Assembly: GCF_001306055.1 (NCBI RefSeq)
Contig: NZ_LGHJ01000012.1
Location: 30,001-62,000 of the forward strand
DNA length: 32,000 nucleotides
Origin: Bellilinea caldifistulae
GTDB lineage: Bacteria; Chloroflexota; Anaerolineae; Anaerolineales; Anaerolineaceae
Direction: 5' to 3'
Position numbers and translations under genes: made by a program. Positions 14,802 through 24,384 of this stretch are shown here, piece by piece. Within the stretch, counting starts at the first letter, position 1, and the number at the start of each line of letters is the position of its first letter. Under the pieces are notes generated by a model, which saw only the letters and a list, made by a program, of their open reading frames with translations, searched no databases and had not been told where the DNA came from.

Positions 14802-16028
14802 GTGAAAACGCAGAGTATATCCTTTTCTTTTATCGGGTTGTTGATGATACTGATGATAGCCCTCTCGGCCTGCCTGCCGGGTCTGCCGTCAGGTGGCGAA
14901 CCAACGCCGGATGCGTTTGCAACCGTCTACGCCCAATTGACCAGCGAGGCGGGGGAAGTCACCACCGTGCCGCACAGCCCGCCTGCCACCGAAATGCCTC
15001 TCCCTACCCTCACAGAAACCATCCCCACCGCGGTGCCAACCCCAGTCGGGTTGTATCGCAGTTTTGTGGCATTGCGGGACGGACGGTTCGTCGCACTGGA
15101 TTTCAACGGTAATCCGCTGGGTTTTGAAGCCGACATCAGCGGCATCGAGGGGGTTGGCGCTTATAACACCTCCATTTTCCGCGATGGATTGGCATACTCG
15201 CGCTTCGAGGATGGCACGGTGACCGTCATCACCAGCACCGGCCGGCGCACACTCGATTTCATCCGTTCCGAAAACCCGATCAGCGCCCGCATCAGTCCGG
15301 ACGGGACTCAGATTGCCTGGTCTTATCAGTTCTGGGGTGAAAGCGCACCTTCCTCCGAGATCTGGATTGCCAATCTGGATGGCAGCAATGCCCGCAAGAT
15401 TGATGAAATCGGTGAAGAAGAAAACCGCGAACGCTGGCTGATTCTCCACCCCCATCGCTGGTTGCCGGATGGCAGGCTGTTGTATGCCACCCAGCCGACC
15501 GGTATTGGCGGTTACATCCTGTATGGTGATTGGAACGGTATGCGTCTGTACGACCCGATCAGCGGCACGACTACCGTGCTGGTCAGCGACGAGGAGCGGC
15601 TCGGCTTGAGCCTCAGTTCCATTTCAAATGATTTGAGCATGGCAGCAATCAGCGGTAATGGTGTACGCGTGCGCCGCCTGGGCAGCAGCGTTGAGGTATT
15701 GCTGCCCCCATCGGCTGGACTGACCACCTGCGGGGACGGAAGATTTTCACCCTCGGACGAGTGGCTGGCATATGCCTGCGGCCGCAACAACCCGGAAGAC
15801 GAAGCCGGGCAAGTCTTGCTTGCCCCGGTGGACGGCAGCTTGACCCCTCAAGTATTATTCGACGACCCGGCTAATGCCCCGCATGTCATGGGCTGGGTTG
15901 ACGAAAACACCATCGTAATTCAGACTTTTTCGCGCTTTGAATACGCCGGGGAAGTCTGGCGCGTTCAGCGCGATGGCACCCGTCTCACCCGCCTGACGGA
16001 GGGTATTTTCATCGGATTTGTGCCATGA
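14802..16028 (+). CDS. lipoprotein with TolB-like (PD40/WD40-like) beta-propeller repeats
   Basis: GGAGG (14791-14795) lies 6 nt upstream of GTG 14802. VKTQSISFSFIGLLMILMIALSAC is a lipobox signal. Repeated SPDGTQIAWSY, LPDGRLLYAT and FSPSDEWLAYAC are PD40-like strands. Confidence 0.75.
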   Translation: MKTQSISFSFIGLLMILMIALSACLPGLPSGGEPTPDAFATVYAQLTSEAGEVTTVPHSPPATEMPLPTLTETIPTAVPTPVGLYRSFVALRDGRFVALDFNGNPLGFEADISGIEGVGAYNTSIFRDGLAYSRFEDGTVTVITSTGRRTLDFIRSENPISARISPDGTQIAWSYQFWGESAPSSEIWIANLDGSNARKIDEIGEEENRERWLILHPHRWLPDGRLLYATQPTGIGGYILYGDWNGMRLYDPISGTTTVLVSDEERLGLSLSSISNDLSMAAISGNGVRVRRLGSSVEVLLPPSAGLTTCGDGRFSPSDEWLAYACGRNNPEDEAGQVLLAPVDGSLTPQVLFDDPANAPHVMGWVDENTIVIQTFSRFEYAGEVWRVQRDGTRLTRLTEGIFIGFVP

Positions 16029-16031
16029 GGC

Positions 16032-16069
16032 AAAAAAAAACTGCCCTCCCTGCTTAAGAGGGAGGGCAG
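16032..16069 (-). terminator. rho-independent terminator of the oxidoreductase operon (the hairpin is also positioned after the plus-strand lipoprotein gene)
   Basis: A perfect 10-bp stem joins CUGCCCUCCC (16041-16050) and GGGAGGGCAG (16060-16069). On the minus strand a 9-nt U tract follows (16032-16040). Confidence 0.8.
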
Positions 16070-16075
16070 ACATCC

Positions 16076-16621
16076 CTAAACTTTTTCCGCCAGATAGCGC
16101 GCCCCCTCACGCAGCGCCTGATAGTTCTTGGGCAGCAATTTGTGATGACGCTCCGGCAGGTGTTCCTGTAAGGCTTTCTCAATCGCTTCGATGCTCAAAA
16201 CCGGTAAATTCGCGAGGAAAGCCCCCAACATGACCATGTTCGCCATCCGCCGGTCGCCCAATTGTTCGGCAATATCATTTGCCGGCACCAGCGCCGCCTG
16301 AATGTCCTTTCGTTCGGGGGTACGGTCAATGATTGAGGAATTGACCACCAGCAAGCCGCCCGGCTTGACCAGCGGTTCGTACTTATCCAGCGAGGGGCGG
16401 TTCATCACAATAGCAACCTGCGGGTTGCGCACCACCGGCGAGCCGATTTCCTCATCGGCAATGATCACCGTGCAGTTGGCCGTGCCGCCGCGCATTTCCG
16501 GCCCGTAGGAGGGTATCCAGGTCGTTTCCAGACCGTTGTCCATGGCGGCATAAGCCAGCAACTGACCGGCAAACAAAATCCCCTGCCCGCCAAAACCAGC
16601 AATGATGATTTCGGTTTGCAT
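16076..16621 (-). CDS. 2-oxoacid:ferredoxin oxidoreductase, gamma subunit
   Basis: [23 protein letters not shown]... is the typical gamma-subunit GxGGQG N-terminus. It is the last gene of the four-gene operon. Confidence 0.85.
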   Translation of the reverse strand: MQTEIIIAGFGGQGILFAGQLLAYAAMDNGLETTWIPSYGPEMRGGTANCTVIIADEEIGSPVVRNPQVAIVMNRPSLDKYEPLVKPGGLLVVNSSIIDRTPERKDIQAALVPANDIAEQLGDRRMANMVMLGAFLANLPVLSIEAIEKALQEHLPERHHKLLPKNYQALREGARYLAEKV

Positions 16622-16633
16622 TGCGCCCGCCTC

Positions 16634-17407
16634 CTATATTTTCAATTCCGCGACAATCGGGTGAACTTTATAGTCCCCAATCGGGTAGTAGGGGATCATG
16701 TGTTCTTCTAACCAGTGCAGCGATTGCACCGGTGTCATGCCCCAGTTGGTCGGACAGATGGAAAGCAGCTCGATCATCGAGAAACCCAACCCGCGTACCT
16801 GCACTTCAAAAGCGGTGCGGATGGCTTTCTTTGCCATGCGGATGTTTTTGGGGTCATGCAAGCTGCGCCGCACCACATAACTGGCACCTTCCAGGGTAGC
16901 CAGTAACTCCGAAGCGCGCACCGGATAGCCCTGAGTTTCCACATCCCGTCCTTTGGGGCTGGAGGTGGTCTGCTGGCCCGGTAACGTGGTGGGCGCCATC
17001 TGACCGCCGGTCATCCCGTAATTGGCATTGTTGAGGAAAAACACGGTAATATTTTCACCGCGGGCAGCCGCGTGGACAATTTCGCCCATGCCAATCGAAG
17101 CCATATCGCCATCGCCCTGATAAGTCATCACAATCCGGTCGGGCAGGACGCGCTTAATCCCGGTTGCCATGGCCGGGGCACGCCCGTGGGGAGCCTGGAC
17201 GAAGTCAAAATCAAAATAGTTGTAGGCAAACACCGAGCAGCCGACAGAGGCAACCCCAATCATCCGCTCACGCAGGCCCATCTCATCAATCACCTCAGCG
17301 ATCAGGCGATGGGCAACCCCGTGTGTGCAACCCGGGCAGTAATGGGTGGCGCACTCTTCCAGCGATTGCGGGCGTTGATAAACGACAACTTCATCAAGCA
17401 TCACCAT
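16634..17407 (-). CDS. 2-oxoacid:ferredoxin oxidoreductase, beta (TPP-binding) subunit
   Basis: [13 protein letters not shown] and [12 protein letters not shown]...[11 protein letters not shown] are the Cys cluster and TPP-binding motifs of the beta subunits. Confidence 0.9.
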   Translation of the reverse strand: MVMLDEVVVYQRPQSLEECATHYCPGCTHGVAHRLIAEVIDEMGLRERMIGVASVGCSVFAYNYFDFDFVQAPHGRAPAMATGIKRVLPDRIVMTYQGDGDMASIGMGEIVHAAARGENITVFFLNNANYGMTGGQMAPTTLPGQQTTSSPKGRDVETQGYPVRASELLATLEGASYVVRRSLHDPKNIRMAKKAIRTAFEVQVRGLGFSMIELLSICPTNWGMTPVQSLHWLEEHMIPYYPIGDYKVHPIVAELKI

Positions 17408-17424
17408 GGTTTTTCGCTCCTTTC

Positions 17425-18543
17425 CTAATTGCTGCGAGGCATCCGCGCCAGCCAGCGATCGCGGGGGTGACCATCCTGAGTCAAAGGCTCCCGACTCAGG
17501 CGGCGGATCTCTTCCAGCACCTCATCCGGCATGGGGATGATGCCACCCAATCGTCCGTAAAACTCCACCGGAACCCGGCCGCCGACCACACGGCGAACAT
17601 CCTCCAGCATCTGACCGGAGTTCATTTCAACCACCAGTATACCCTCCACTCGTTGGGCCAGTTCGTCCAGTGCCTTAACCGGGAAGGGTTTCAGGGTGAT
17701 CGGACGCAGCAAACCCACAGGAATGCCCTCCGCCCGGGCAGCACGCACAGCCGAGAGAGCCACCCGTCCAGCCGACCCAAAGCCGACCACCACAAAACGG
17801 GCATCCTCCAGATAATAGCCCTTGAAACGCACCTCATTGGCTTCCACCTGCTGCCAGCGGCGCAGCATCCGTAAATTGGCGGCTTCCTCATCCGGCGGAT
17901 CGAGGTAAATTGAGGATAACACCCGCCGCTCACCGGGGTGTTCAACCATGCCGCGTACCGCCCAATCGGGATATTCGGTTTTGAGCGGACGCATCGGCGG
18001 CATTTCAGCCGGTTCCATCATCTGCCCGATACTGCCGTCAATCAAAATGACCGTAATGGCGCGGTATTTTTCTGCCAAATCGAAGGCCTCGTAGGTCAGG
18101 TCAACGGACTCTTGAATGGAAGCCGGTGCAAGCACAATTGCATTGTAATCGCCATGACCGCCGCCATGCACAATCTGGTTGTAATCGGACTGAGCGGGGG
18201 CAATATTGCCAAGGCCCGGCCCACCGCGCATGACATCCACCAGCACAATCGGCACTTCCGTGCCGGCGATGTACGAAATCCCCTCCATCATCAGGCTGAT
18301 ACCCGGGCTGGAAGAGGAGGTCATCACCCGCGCGCCGGTGCAGGCTGCGCCGTAGACCATGTTGATGGCGCCCAGTTCACTTTCGGCCTGAACGAACGCG
18401 CGTCCCAGTTCCGGCATGCGCGCCGAAAGATACTCCAGCAATTCGGTTTGAGGGGTGATGGGGTAGCCAAAATAGGCCTGTAAGCCGGCCCGCACCGCCG
18501 CCTCAGCAATCGCATTGTTGCCCTTCCACAGTTCTCTCGCCAT
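17425..18543 (-). CDS. 2-oxoacid:ferredoxin oxidoreductase, alpha subunit
   Basis: The N-terminal [33 protein letters not shown] is the conserved alpha-subunit start. I cannot set the substrate (2-oxoglutarate versus pyruvate or branched-chain) from sequence by eye. Confidence 0.9.
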   Translation of the reverse strand: MARELWKGNNAIAEAAVRAGLQAYFGYPITPQTELLEYLSARMPELGRAFVQAESELGAINMVYGAACTGARVMTSSSSPGISLMMEGISYIAGTEVPIVLVDVMRGGPGLGNIAPAQSDYNQIVHGGGHGDYNAIVLAPASIQESVDLTYEAFDLAEKYRAITVILIDGSIGQMMEPAEMPPMRPLKTEYPDWAVRGMVEHPGERRVLSSIYLDPPDEEAANLRMLRRWQQVEANEVRFKGYYLEDARFVVVGFGSAGRVALSAVRAARAEGIPVGLLRPITLKPFPVKALDELAQRVEGILVVEMNSGQMLEDVRRVVGGRVPVEFYGRLGGIIPMPDEVLEEIRRLSREPLTQDGHPRDRWLARMPRSN

Positions 18544-18552
18544 ATCCGCCTC

Positions 18553-18798
18553 CTATGCGGCTGCCGTTTGACGGGCTTTTGCCGCTTCACGGTACACGGT
18601 GATCGCCGCTTCCGGGCAGACAATCGCACAGATACCGCAGCCGGTGCAGCCTTCCTGCACCAGCGTGGCCGGGTGATAGCCCTTGGCAGTGATTCGCACC
18701 GGGTCTAGAGCGATAACCTGCTGCGGGCAGGCATCCACACACAGCTCGCATCCCTTACAATAAGCCTCATTGACGACAATTCGTCCCTTTACGGGCAT
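18553..18798 (-). CDS. 2-oxoacid:ferredoxin oxidoreductase, delta subunit (2x[4Fe-4S] ferredoxin)
   Basis: It has two CxxCxxCxxxCP motifs (CKGCELCVDACP and CTGCGICAIVCP). A strong AAGGAGG SD precedes ATG 18798. Confidence 0.85.
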   Translation of the reverse strand: MPVKGRIVVNEAYCKGCELCVDACPQQVIALDPVRITAKGYHPATLVQEGCTGCGICAIVCPEAAITVYREAAKARQTAAA

Positions 18799-18962
18799 TG
18801 CTGTTCCTCCTTTTTGGGATTTCAGGAATATACAGAGAGCGGCGATGATGGCTGCAAATTCATTATCTTTCGCTTTGTGTTCAAAAGGTAGTGTCAGGTA
18901 TCACCCGTCCGAAAAACAAACTTCCTCAAATTTGACCGTATTTAGATAAAAATTAGCAAGAA

Positions 18963-20534
18963 ATGAATCACAGCATCCAAAATCACCTTCCAAAGAACTT
19001 GTCTTTTATAGTCAATCCTATAAAATGGTATCTGGTTCGAAATATGCCGCTCGTTCTAACAGATATGCACACCAAAGGGAAATTCGATTATCTCGTTAAT
19101 ATTCCCATTTTTTTGTTTTCTGTGATCAGTTTTATTTTCTTGATGGGAATTGCTTCATACAACCGCCTTTTTGCGGATGATTACTGCTATCTATTACAGT
19201 TGCGTTCTCGGGGATTGTTTAACTCTATTATCGATAGCTATCAATACTTAAATGGTCGTTGGTTATCTCATCTTATAAATTTTCTGCTTTACTCGACAAA
19301 TGAATTTTTCCTTCGGGCAGCACCATTGCTTTTTCCATTTCTTGCGATTGCGATTGGTTTTATTCTTTACCCAGTTTTTAGGAAAAGCCGAGAAAAGATT
19401 TTTTCACTTATCTCAATTTCATTCTTCTTGACTTTATTGGTAATTTTGATTTCTCCAGAATTTTTTCTAACTACTATTTGGACATTGCATGTAGCTATTT
19501 TGGTGGGTGGATTGACCTGTACATTGATGGCCAGCGGTTTATTTATCCGGCTTATGGTTAAGGAAATTCCAAATCAAGTTCAATGGAAATTCATGTTACT
19601 CATACTGGCATTACTCAGTACTTCCTTCCACGAAGGGATTGCTTTATTAGCCTTATATCTTTACATGTCTTTTTTCCTATTAGAAATCAAAGCGGGAAAG
19701 ATTAGTAAATTACCAACCGCTACTTATCTAATCGTTGGAGCAATTCTTGGAATTGTCAGTGTATTTTTAGCTTCCAGCAATATAAACAGGGCCGTGATTC
19801 TTGGATCTTCACCTGAAATATCAAAATTTTTTACAAGTATTGGATTACTTTTATTAAAGTATATTTTCTTTTTGGCTGGAGAATATCTTGCCGATTGGCG
19901 TGGACTTGCAATACCACTCCTTAGCTTATTCAGCGGTCTTGTCTTTTCAAGATTATCCAGGCCATTTCAAACCTTCATGCCAAACCATTCCTTTAGAAAA
20001 CTTGCCCCATTCATTTTTTCCTTGCCTTTTCTATTATCCTTTATGGTGATTCTTCCTTTTACTTTTGTTAGTGGCTATTTTCCCTTAAGAACTTTTTTTG
20101 TTATCGGTTTCATTTTGACATTAGGTAATTTTGTTCTAGGTTTGTGGATCGGCCAATTTGAATGGACAAAGAAAATATCTCCAAAAGTTATCTATGCGAT
20201 ATGGCTCTGCACCTTCCTCTTCACAAGCATCTCGAGTACATTACGGCTCAATAATTATCTATACCAAATTAAAGAGTACGCAAAAGAATTTGATGCCCGT
20301 GAAACTCTTATCCAAAATGCAGTCAACCAAAAACTTGACTATGTTAAGGTTCCAAAATTTAACCATCTGTTAGATGTGGAATGGGTATCGGATATCGACA
20401 ACAAAGAAGTAGACTGTAATCTAAAAAACAGTGATACATATCCCATAAAGTTGCTACTAACCGAAAATCCCCCAAATTGCTGTTTTAGCCGCTATTATGG
20501 CATAACCTTATTTCTTGAAGGTAGTTATCGTTAA
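18963..20534 (+). CDS. polytopic membrane protein, possible GT-C-fold glycosyltransferase / polymerase-like; in a low-GC island
   Basis: This is the only long ORF across a low-GC block, with about 12 hydrophobic segments. An FADDYCY acidic motif follows the first TM, then YLNGRW. The start codon is uncertain because no clear SD precedes 18963, 19044 or 19065. Function is inferred only. Confidence 0.65.
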   Translation: MNHSIQNHLPKNLSFIVNPIKWYLVRNMPLVLTDMHTKGKFDYLVNIPIFLFSVISFIFLMGIASYNRLFADDYCYLLQLRSRGLFNSIIDSYQYLNGRWLSHLINFLLYSTNEFFLRAAPLLFPFLAIAIGFILYPVFRKSREKIFSLISISFFLTLLVILISPEFFLTTIWTLHVAILVGGLTCTLMASGLFIRLMVKEIPNQVQWKFMLLILALLSTSFHEGIALLALYLYMSFFLLEIKAGKISKLPTATYLIVGAILGIVSVFLASSNINRAVILGSSPEISKFFTSIGLLLLKYIFFLAGEYLADWRGLAIPLLSLFSGLVFSRLSRPFQTFMPNHSFRKLAPFIFSLPFLLSFMVILPFTFVSGYFPLRTFFVIGFILTLGNFVLGLWIGQFEWTKKISPKVIYAIWLCTFLFTSISSTLRLNNYLYQIKEYAKEFDARETLIQNAVNQKLDYVKVPKFNHLLDVEWVSDIDNKEVDCNLKNSDTYPIKLLLTENPPNCCFSRYYGITLFLEGSYR

Positions 20535-20537
20535 CCT

Positions 20538-20567
20538 TGGACAGAGGTGATAAAATATTGATATAAT
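20538..20567 (+). promoter_or_regulatory. putative extended -10 promoter for moaA
   Basis: TGGACA (20538-20543), an 18-nt spacer, then TGaTATAAT (20559-20567). Confidence 0.45.
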
Positions 20568-20614
20568 TTATCCAATTACATGTATAAATCTTCCTGTTCT
20601 GTTAGTGGTATGGT

Positions 20615-21595
20615 ATGGCCCTTGACCGTTTTGGACGCAACATCCATTATCTCCGCATCAGCCTGACCGATCACTGTAACCTGCGCTGCGTGTATTGTAT
20701 GCCGGAGGACATGACTTTTCGCCCGAATGCAGAACTGATGCAAGATGACGAAGTCATTCTGCTGACGCGCCTGTTTGCATCCCTGGGTTTTGACAAAATC
20801 CGCCTGACCGGCGGTGAACCAACCGTTCGCGCCAATATTGTGGATCTGGTGCGCGAAATTGCCTCTACACCCGGCGTACGCTCGCTCTCGATGACCACCA
20901 ACGGTATCCTTTTGGAGAAGCTGGCACGCCCGCTTAAAGAAGCCGGCTTACAGCGGGTCAACATCAGTCTCGACACCCTCAACCCAATTCGTTTCAAAGC
21001 CATCACCCGTTGGGGATCATTCGATAAAGTGTGGGCCGGAATTATGGCCGCCGAACAGGCCGGCCTGCAACCCATCAAACTGAATGCAGTCATCGTGCGC
21101 GGGTTCAACGAAGAAGATGTCGTGCCGATGGCGCGCCTCTCCTGCACCCTTCCGTGGCAGATACGGTTCATCGAGATGATGCCGTTCGGTGGCGCAACCG
21201 AATTGCAGCGCCAGCAAGTGGTCACCACCCAGGAGATGATCCGCCGCATCGAAGCCGAACTTGGGCCGTTACACCCGGTCAACAACGGAAAACTGGATGG
21301 AGAAGCCCGCGTTTTTCGGCTGCCTGACGCCGTCGGTGAAATCGGTTTCATTGCCTCGGTTTCCATGCCCTTCTGCGCCGCCTGTACCCGTGCCCGCCTG
21401 ACAGCCGATGGAAAACTCCGCCTCTGCCTGCTGCGTGAAAAGGAAGTCGACCTGCTCACCCCGCTGCGGCAGGGCGCTACTCTGGAAGACCTGCGTCAAA
21501 TCATCATCAACGGCATCTGGCATAAACCTTGGGGACATGGCCTCGCCGAAGGTGATTTTGCTACCAACCGCACGATGAGTGAAATCGGCGGTTAA
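20615..21595 (+). CDS. moaA: GTP 3',8-cyclase MoaA (radical SAM, molybdenum cofactor biosynthesis)
   Basis: FGRNIHYLRISLTDHCNLRCVYCMP carries the CxxxCxxC radical-SAM cluster. The C-terminal FCAACTRARLTADGKLRLCL is the second-cluster motif, and the protein ends GG. Confidence 0.9.
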   Translation: MALDRFGRNIHYLRISLTDHCNLRCVYCMPEDMTFRPNAELMQDDEVILLTRLFASLGFDKIRLTGGEPTVRANIVDLVREIASTPGVRSLSMTTNGILLEKLARPLKEAGLQRVNISLDTLNPIRFKAITRWGSFDKVWAGIMAAEQAGLQPIKLNAVIVRGFNEEDVVPMARLSCTLPWQIRFIEMMPFGGATELQRQQVVTTQEMIRRIEAELGPLHPVNNGKLDGEARVFRLPDAVGEIGFIASVSMPFCAACTRARLTADGKLRLCLLREKEVDLLTPLRQGATLEDLRQIIINGIWHKPWGHGLAEGDFATNRTMSEIGG

Positions 21596-21703
21596 AAAAC
21601 CCGTCCGGGTTAATCGCCAATCCTCCCCACCTGACCAGTTCTCAATTCCCCAATTGGTACAGGGGGATTTTGGTCTTAAACCCCTTCCCATCTTTCATTT
21701 TTC

Positions 21704-21720
21704 TGATACAATGATACAAT
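21704..21720 (+). promoter_or_regulatory. duplicated extended -10 element (TGATACAAT x2) upstream of the ABC-2 operon
   Basis: TGATACAAT occurs at 21704-21712 and again at 21712-21720, sharing one T. The -35 is weak (TTCCCA, 21685-21690). Confidence 0.3.
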
Positions 21721-21777
21721 AATCGGGGTTCGACTGTTTCCTACCGCCTTCATCAACCACCCCGTGGAGAGAAAGAC

Positions 21778-22707
21778 ATGATTCGTACAGAAAACTTAAC
21801 CAAAACGTTCGCCCTGCGCAAAAATCAACCGCCCATTCAAGCCGTACAAAACCTGACCCTGGAAGTTAAGGAAGGCGAAGTCTTTGGATTTCTTGGCCCA
21901 AACGGCGCTGGTAAAACCACAACCGTGCGCATGTTAGCCGCACTCATCCGCCCTACCAGCGGCAGTGCCTTTATTAACCAATTCCAGATTGGACGCGATG
22001 ATACCCAAATCCGGCGCAGCATCGGGATTCTCACCGAAACACCCGGAATGTACGAACGCCTGAGCGCTGAAAAAAACCTGTCCATTTATGCTAATTTGTA
22101 TGATGTGGCAGACGTGAAGGGACAGGTTGAAAAATACCTGCGCATGTTGGGCTTGTGGAACCGACGCATGGATGAAGTTGGCAGTTTCAGCAAAGGCATG
22201 CGCCAGAAACTGGCCATTGCCCGGGCTCTGCTTCATGAGCCGCGCGTCCTGTTTCTGGATGAACCCACCAGCGGACTCGACCCCGAAGCGGCCAAACTGG
22301 TACGGGATTTCATCGAAGAGTTAAAAAGTGAAGGGCGCACCATCTTCCTTTGTACCCACAATCTGGATGAGGCCGACCGATTGTGTGACCGTATCGGCAT
22401 TTTCAAATCCCGCCTGATCGCTGTAGATACCCCCGCCAACCTGCGTCAGCGCTTGTTCGGGCGGAGAGTGGTATTCCACCTGCGCGCCCTTAATCCTGAG
22501 TGGGTTGAAACCCTGCGTCGCTTTGAGTTTGTCAAAGAAGTTACTCCGGTGGATAACCGCCTGCTGGTGCGGCTGGATGAGCCTGAACAATACAATCCTG
22601 TTTTGATTCGCAAACTGGTAGAATGCGGCGCCGACTTGCAATTTGTCGGCGAAATCCGCCATTCGCTGGAAGATATTTACCTGCAAACCCTGCAGGCAGA
22701 GGAGTAA
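21778..22707 (+). CDS. ABC transporter ATP-binding protein (ABC-2/NatA-like exporter subfamily)
   Basis: Walker A is GPNGAGKTT, the signature is FSKGMRQK and Walker B is LFLDEPTSGLD. A single NBD is followed by a ~90-aa C-terminal domain. Confidence 0.9.
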   Translation: MIRTENLTKTFALRKNQPPIQAVQNLTLEVKEGEVFGFLGPNGAGKTTTVRMLAALIRPTSGSAFINQFQIGRDDTQIRRSIGILTETPGMYERLSAEKNLSIYANLYDVADVKGQVEKYLRMLGLWNRRMDEVGSFSKGMRQKLAIARALLHEPRVLFLDEPTSGLDPEAAKLVRDFIEELKSEGRTIFLCTHNLDEADRLCDRIGIFKSRLIAVDTPANLRQRLFGRRVVFHLRALNPEWVETLRRFEFVKEVTPVDNRLLVRLDEPEQYNPVLIRKLVECGADLQFVGEIRHSLEDIYLQTLQAEE

Positions 22708-22712
22708 TTGCC

Positions 22713-23510
22713 ATGTTATCCTTCCGACATATTCGCACCATCATTGATAAGGAATGGGCAGAAGTATTCAAGAACAAAATGGTTTTATTCACCATTGTGT
22801 TGATGCCGTTATTGTTCACTGCCCTGCCGCTGATCATGCTGTATGTGACCACCGGCAGCACCATACCGGGTGGTGACACCGCCGACCTGCCCGAAATGTT
22901 TCTCTCGGTATGCGGGCAAATGGACTCGGCTTCCTGTATGCAGGTGTATGTGATTAACCAGTTCCTGATCCTGTATATGATGCTGCCATTGATCATCCCA
23001 ATTACCATCGCTGCTTACAGCATCGTTGGCGAAAAAACCACCCGCAGCCTCGAACCATTACTGGCCACTCCCATCTCAACCGAGGAGTTGCTCATCGGCA
23101 AAGCCCTTGCGGCTGCCATTCCCGCCGTTGGTGCTACGTGGTTATGTTTCTTCATCTTCCAAATCCTGATCCCGTTGACCGGTGCCAGCCAGCAGGTGCG
23201 CGCCTACGTGCTTGGGCCAACATGGCTGTTAGGTGTGCTGGTTGTCGGCCCGCTGATGGCCATCGCTGCCGTCAATTTTGCCATCATGGTATCCTCACGG
23301 GTCAACGATCCCCGCGTTGCCGAACAAATGGCAGCCATTTTGATTGTGCCGGTGCTGGCATTGCTCTTCGGGCAGGTTGCTGGTTTGCTGGTCATCAATC
23401 AGCAATTGATGCTCATCGTCATTTCCGCCCTCATCGCGGCAGATGCTTTACTCATCTATCTCGGCGCACGCCTGTTTCAGCGCGAGACTATTCTCACCCG
23501 ATGGAAGTAA
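22713..23510 (+). CDS. ABC-2 type transporter permease
   Basis: ATG 22713 is preceded by GAGGAG. MLSFRHIRTIIDKEWAEVFKNKMVLFTIVLMPL is a typical ABC-2 permease start, and there are six hydrophobic segments. Confidence 0.8.
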   Translation: MLSFRHIRTIIDKEWAEVFKNKMVLFTIVLMPLLFTALPLIMLYVTTGSTIPGGDTADLPEMFLSVCGQMDSASCMQVYVINQFLILYMMLPLIIPITIAAYSIVGEKTTRSLEPLLATPISTEELLIGKALAAAIPAVGATWLCFFIFQILIPLTGASQQVRAYVLGPTWLLGVLVVGPLMAIAAVNFAIMVSSRVNDPRVAEQMAAILIVPVLALLFGQVAGLLVINQQLMLIVISALIAADALLIYLGARLFQRETILTRWK

Positions 23511-23513
23511 ACC

Positions 23514-24299
23514 ATGAAAACCAAACTTTCCCTCCCAATCTTTCTCTGTATATCCCTGACTGCCAGCGTCATCATCAGTCTGCTGTTGACCTCCCCCGTC
23601 ATGGCACAGGATGGCTACCGCTTACTGATTGACCGCAATTTCGGTTTTGCCGCCGGCAGCCAGATTCGCGGTGATTTCACCCTCAAAATTTCAGGGGACC
23701 AGGATGCCCTCGTCTCCGTCACCTTCCTGCTGGATGGCGAGGAAATGGCCACCATCACCGAGGCGCCTTTCCGTTATCGCTTCAACACCAGCAACTACGC
23801 CGAGGGCATTCACGAACTGAGCGCCCGGTTGATTTTGAAGGACGGCTCAACGGTGGAGTTGACCCCACGCCGCTTTGAATTTGCCAGCAGTCAGGCCGAA
23901 AGAGAAGCGATTGTCAAAATCATTGTTCCGCTTCTGGGAGTGGTGCTGCTGTTGACCCTCGTGGGCGGCGGGGTGCAAATGCTTGCCTTGCGCGGTAAGC
24001 AAGCCGGACGGTACGCCCCCGGTGAAGCCCGCAATTACGGAGTCGCCGGCGGTGCAATTTGCCCCAAATGCCAGCGTCCAACCCCCATCCACCTGTGGAG
24101 CATCAATCTGGCAGTGGGCAGGTGGGATCGCTGCGAGAACTGCGGCCAGTTCAGCTTAATGCGCCGCCAACCGCTGGAAGTGCTGCGGGCTGCCGAAGCT
24201 GCCGAATTGCAAGCCGAGAAATCCCTCCGCCCCGCGAATGCGAAAAGTGAAGAGGAAAAACTACGCGAATTACTCGACCAATCCAAATACACCGAGTGA
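23514..24299 (+). CDS. bitopic membrane protein: signal peptide, Ig-like (Big_7-like) ectodomain, TM helix, cytoplasmic 4-Cys zinc ribbon, acidic coiled tail
   Basis: The signal ends VMA/QD. VTFLLDGEEMATITEAPFRYRFNTSNYAEGIHELSARLILKDGS resembles bacterial Ig-like domains. IIVPLLGVVLLLTLVGGGV is the TM helix and CPKC...CENC the zinc ribbon. The gene starts 4 nt after the permease stop. Confidence 0.7.
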   Translation: MKTKLSLPIFLCISLTASVIISLLLTSPVMAQDGYRLLIDRNFGFAAGSQIRGDFTLKISGDQDALVSVTFLLDGEEMATITEAPFRYRFNTSNYAEGIHELSARLILKDGSTVELTPRRFEFASSQAEREAIVKIIVPLLGVVLLLTLVGGGVQMLALRGKQAGRYAPGEARNYGVAGGAICPKCQRPTPIHLWSINLAVGRWDRCENCGQFSLMRRQPLEVLRAAEAAELQAEKSLRPANAKSEEEKLRELLDQSKYTE

Positions 24300-24307
24300 C
24301 CAAACCG

Positions 24308-24334
24308 CCAGCCGCAAAATTGACTTGCGGCTGG
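24308..24334 (+). other. perfect 10-bp stem-loop just after the operon stop codon (no U tract)
   Basis: CCAGCCGCAA (24308-24317) pairs with UUGCGGCUGG (24325-24334) around a 7-nt loop. Confidence 0.5.
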
Positions 24335-24384
24335 ATTACTGCTCCGGATTTACACATTTGCCAACCTTATTTCGCATTCTACAA

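Noticed and set aside
18930-20612. Low-GC block as a mobile element or prophage remnant
   Set aside because: I could find no transposase, integrase, terminal inverted repeats, flanking direct repeats or adjacent tRNA by eye. It is reported as a compositional island, not as a mobile element.
20535-20614. Possible Moco riboswitch upstream of moaA
   Set aside because: The gap is only 80 nt, AT-rich, and mostly taken up by a promoter-like element. There is no room or GC-rich helices for the ~130-nt Moco motif.
21596-21625. Short hairpin AACCC-GUCC-GGGUU after moaA as a terminator
   Set aside because: It has only 5 bp and no U tract, which is too weak to call.
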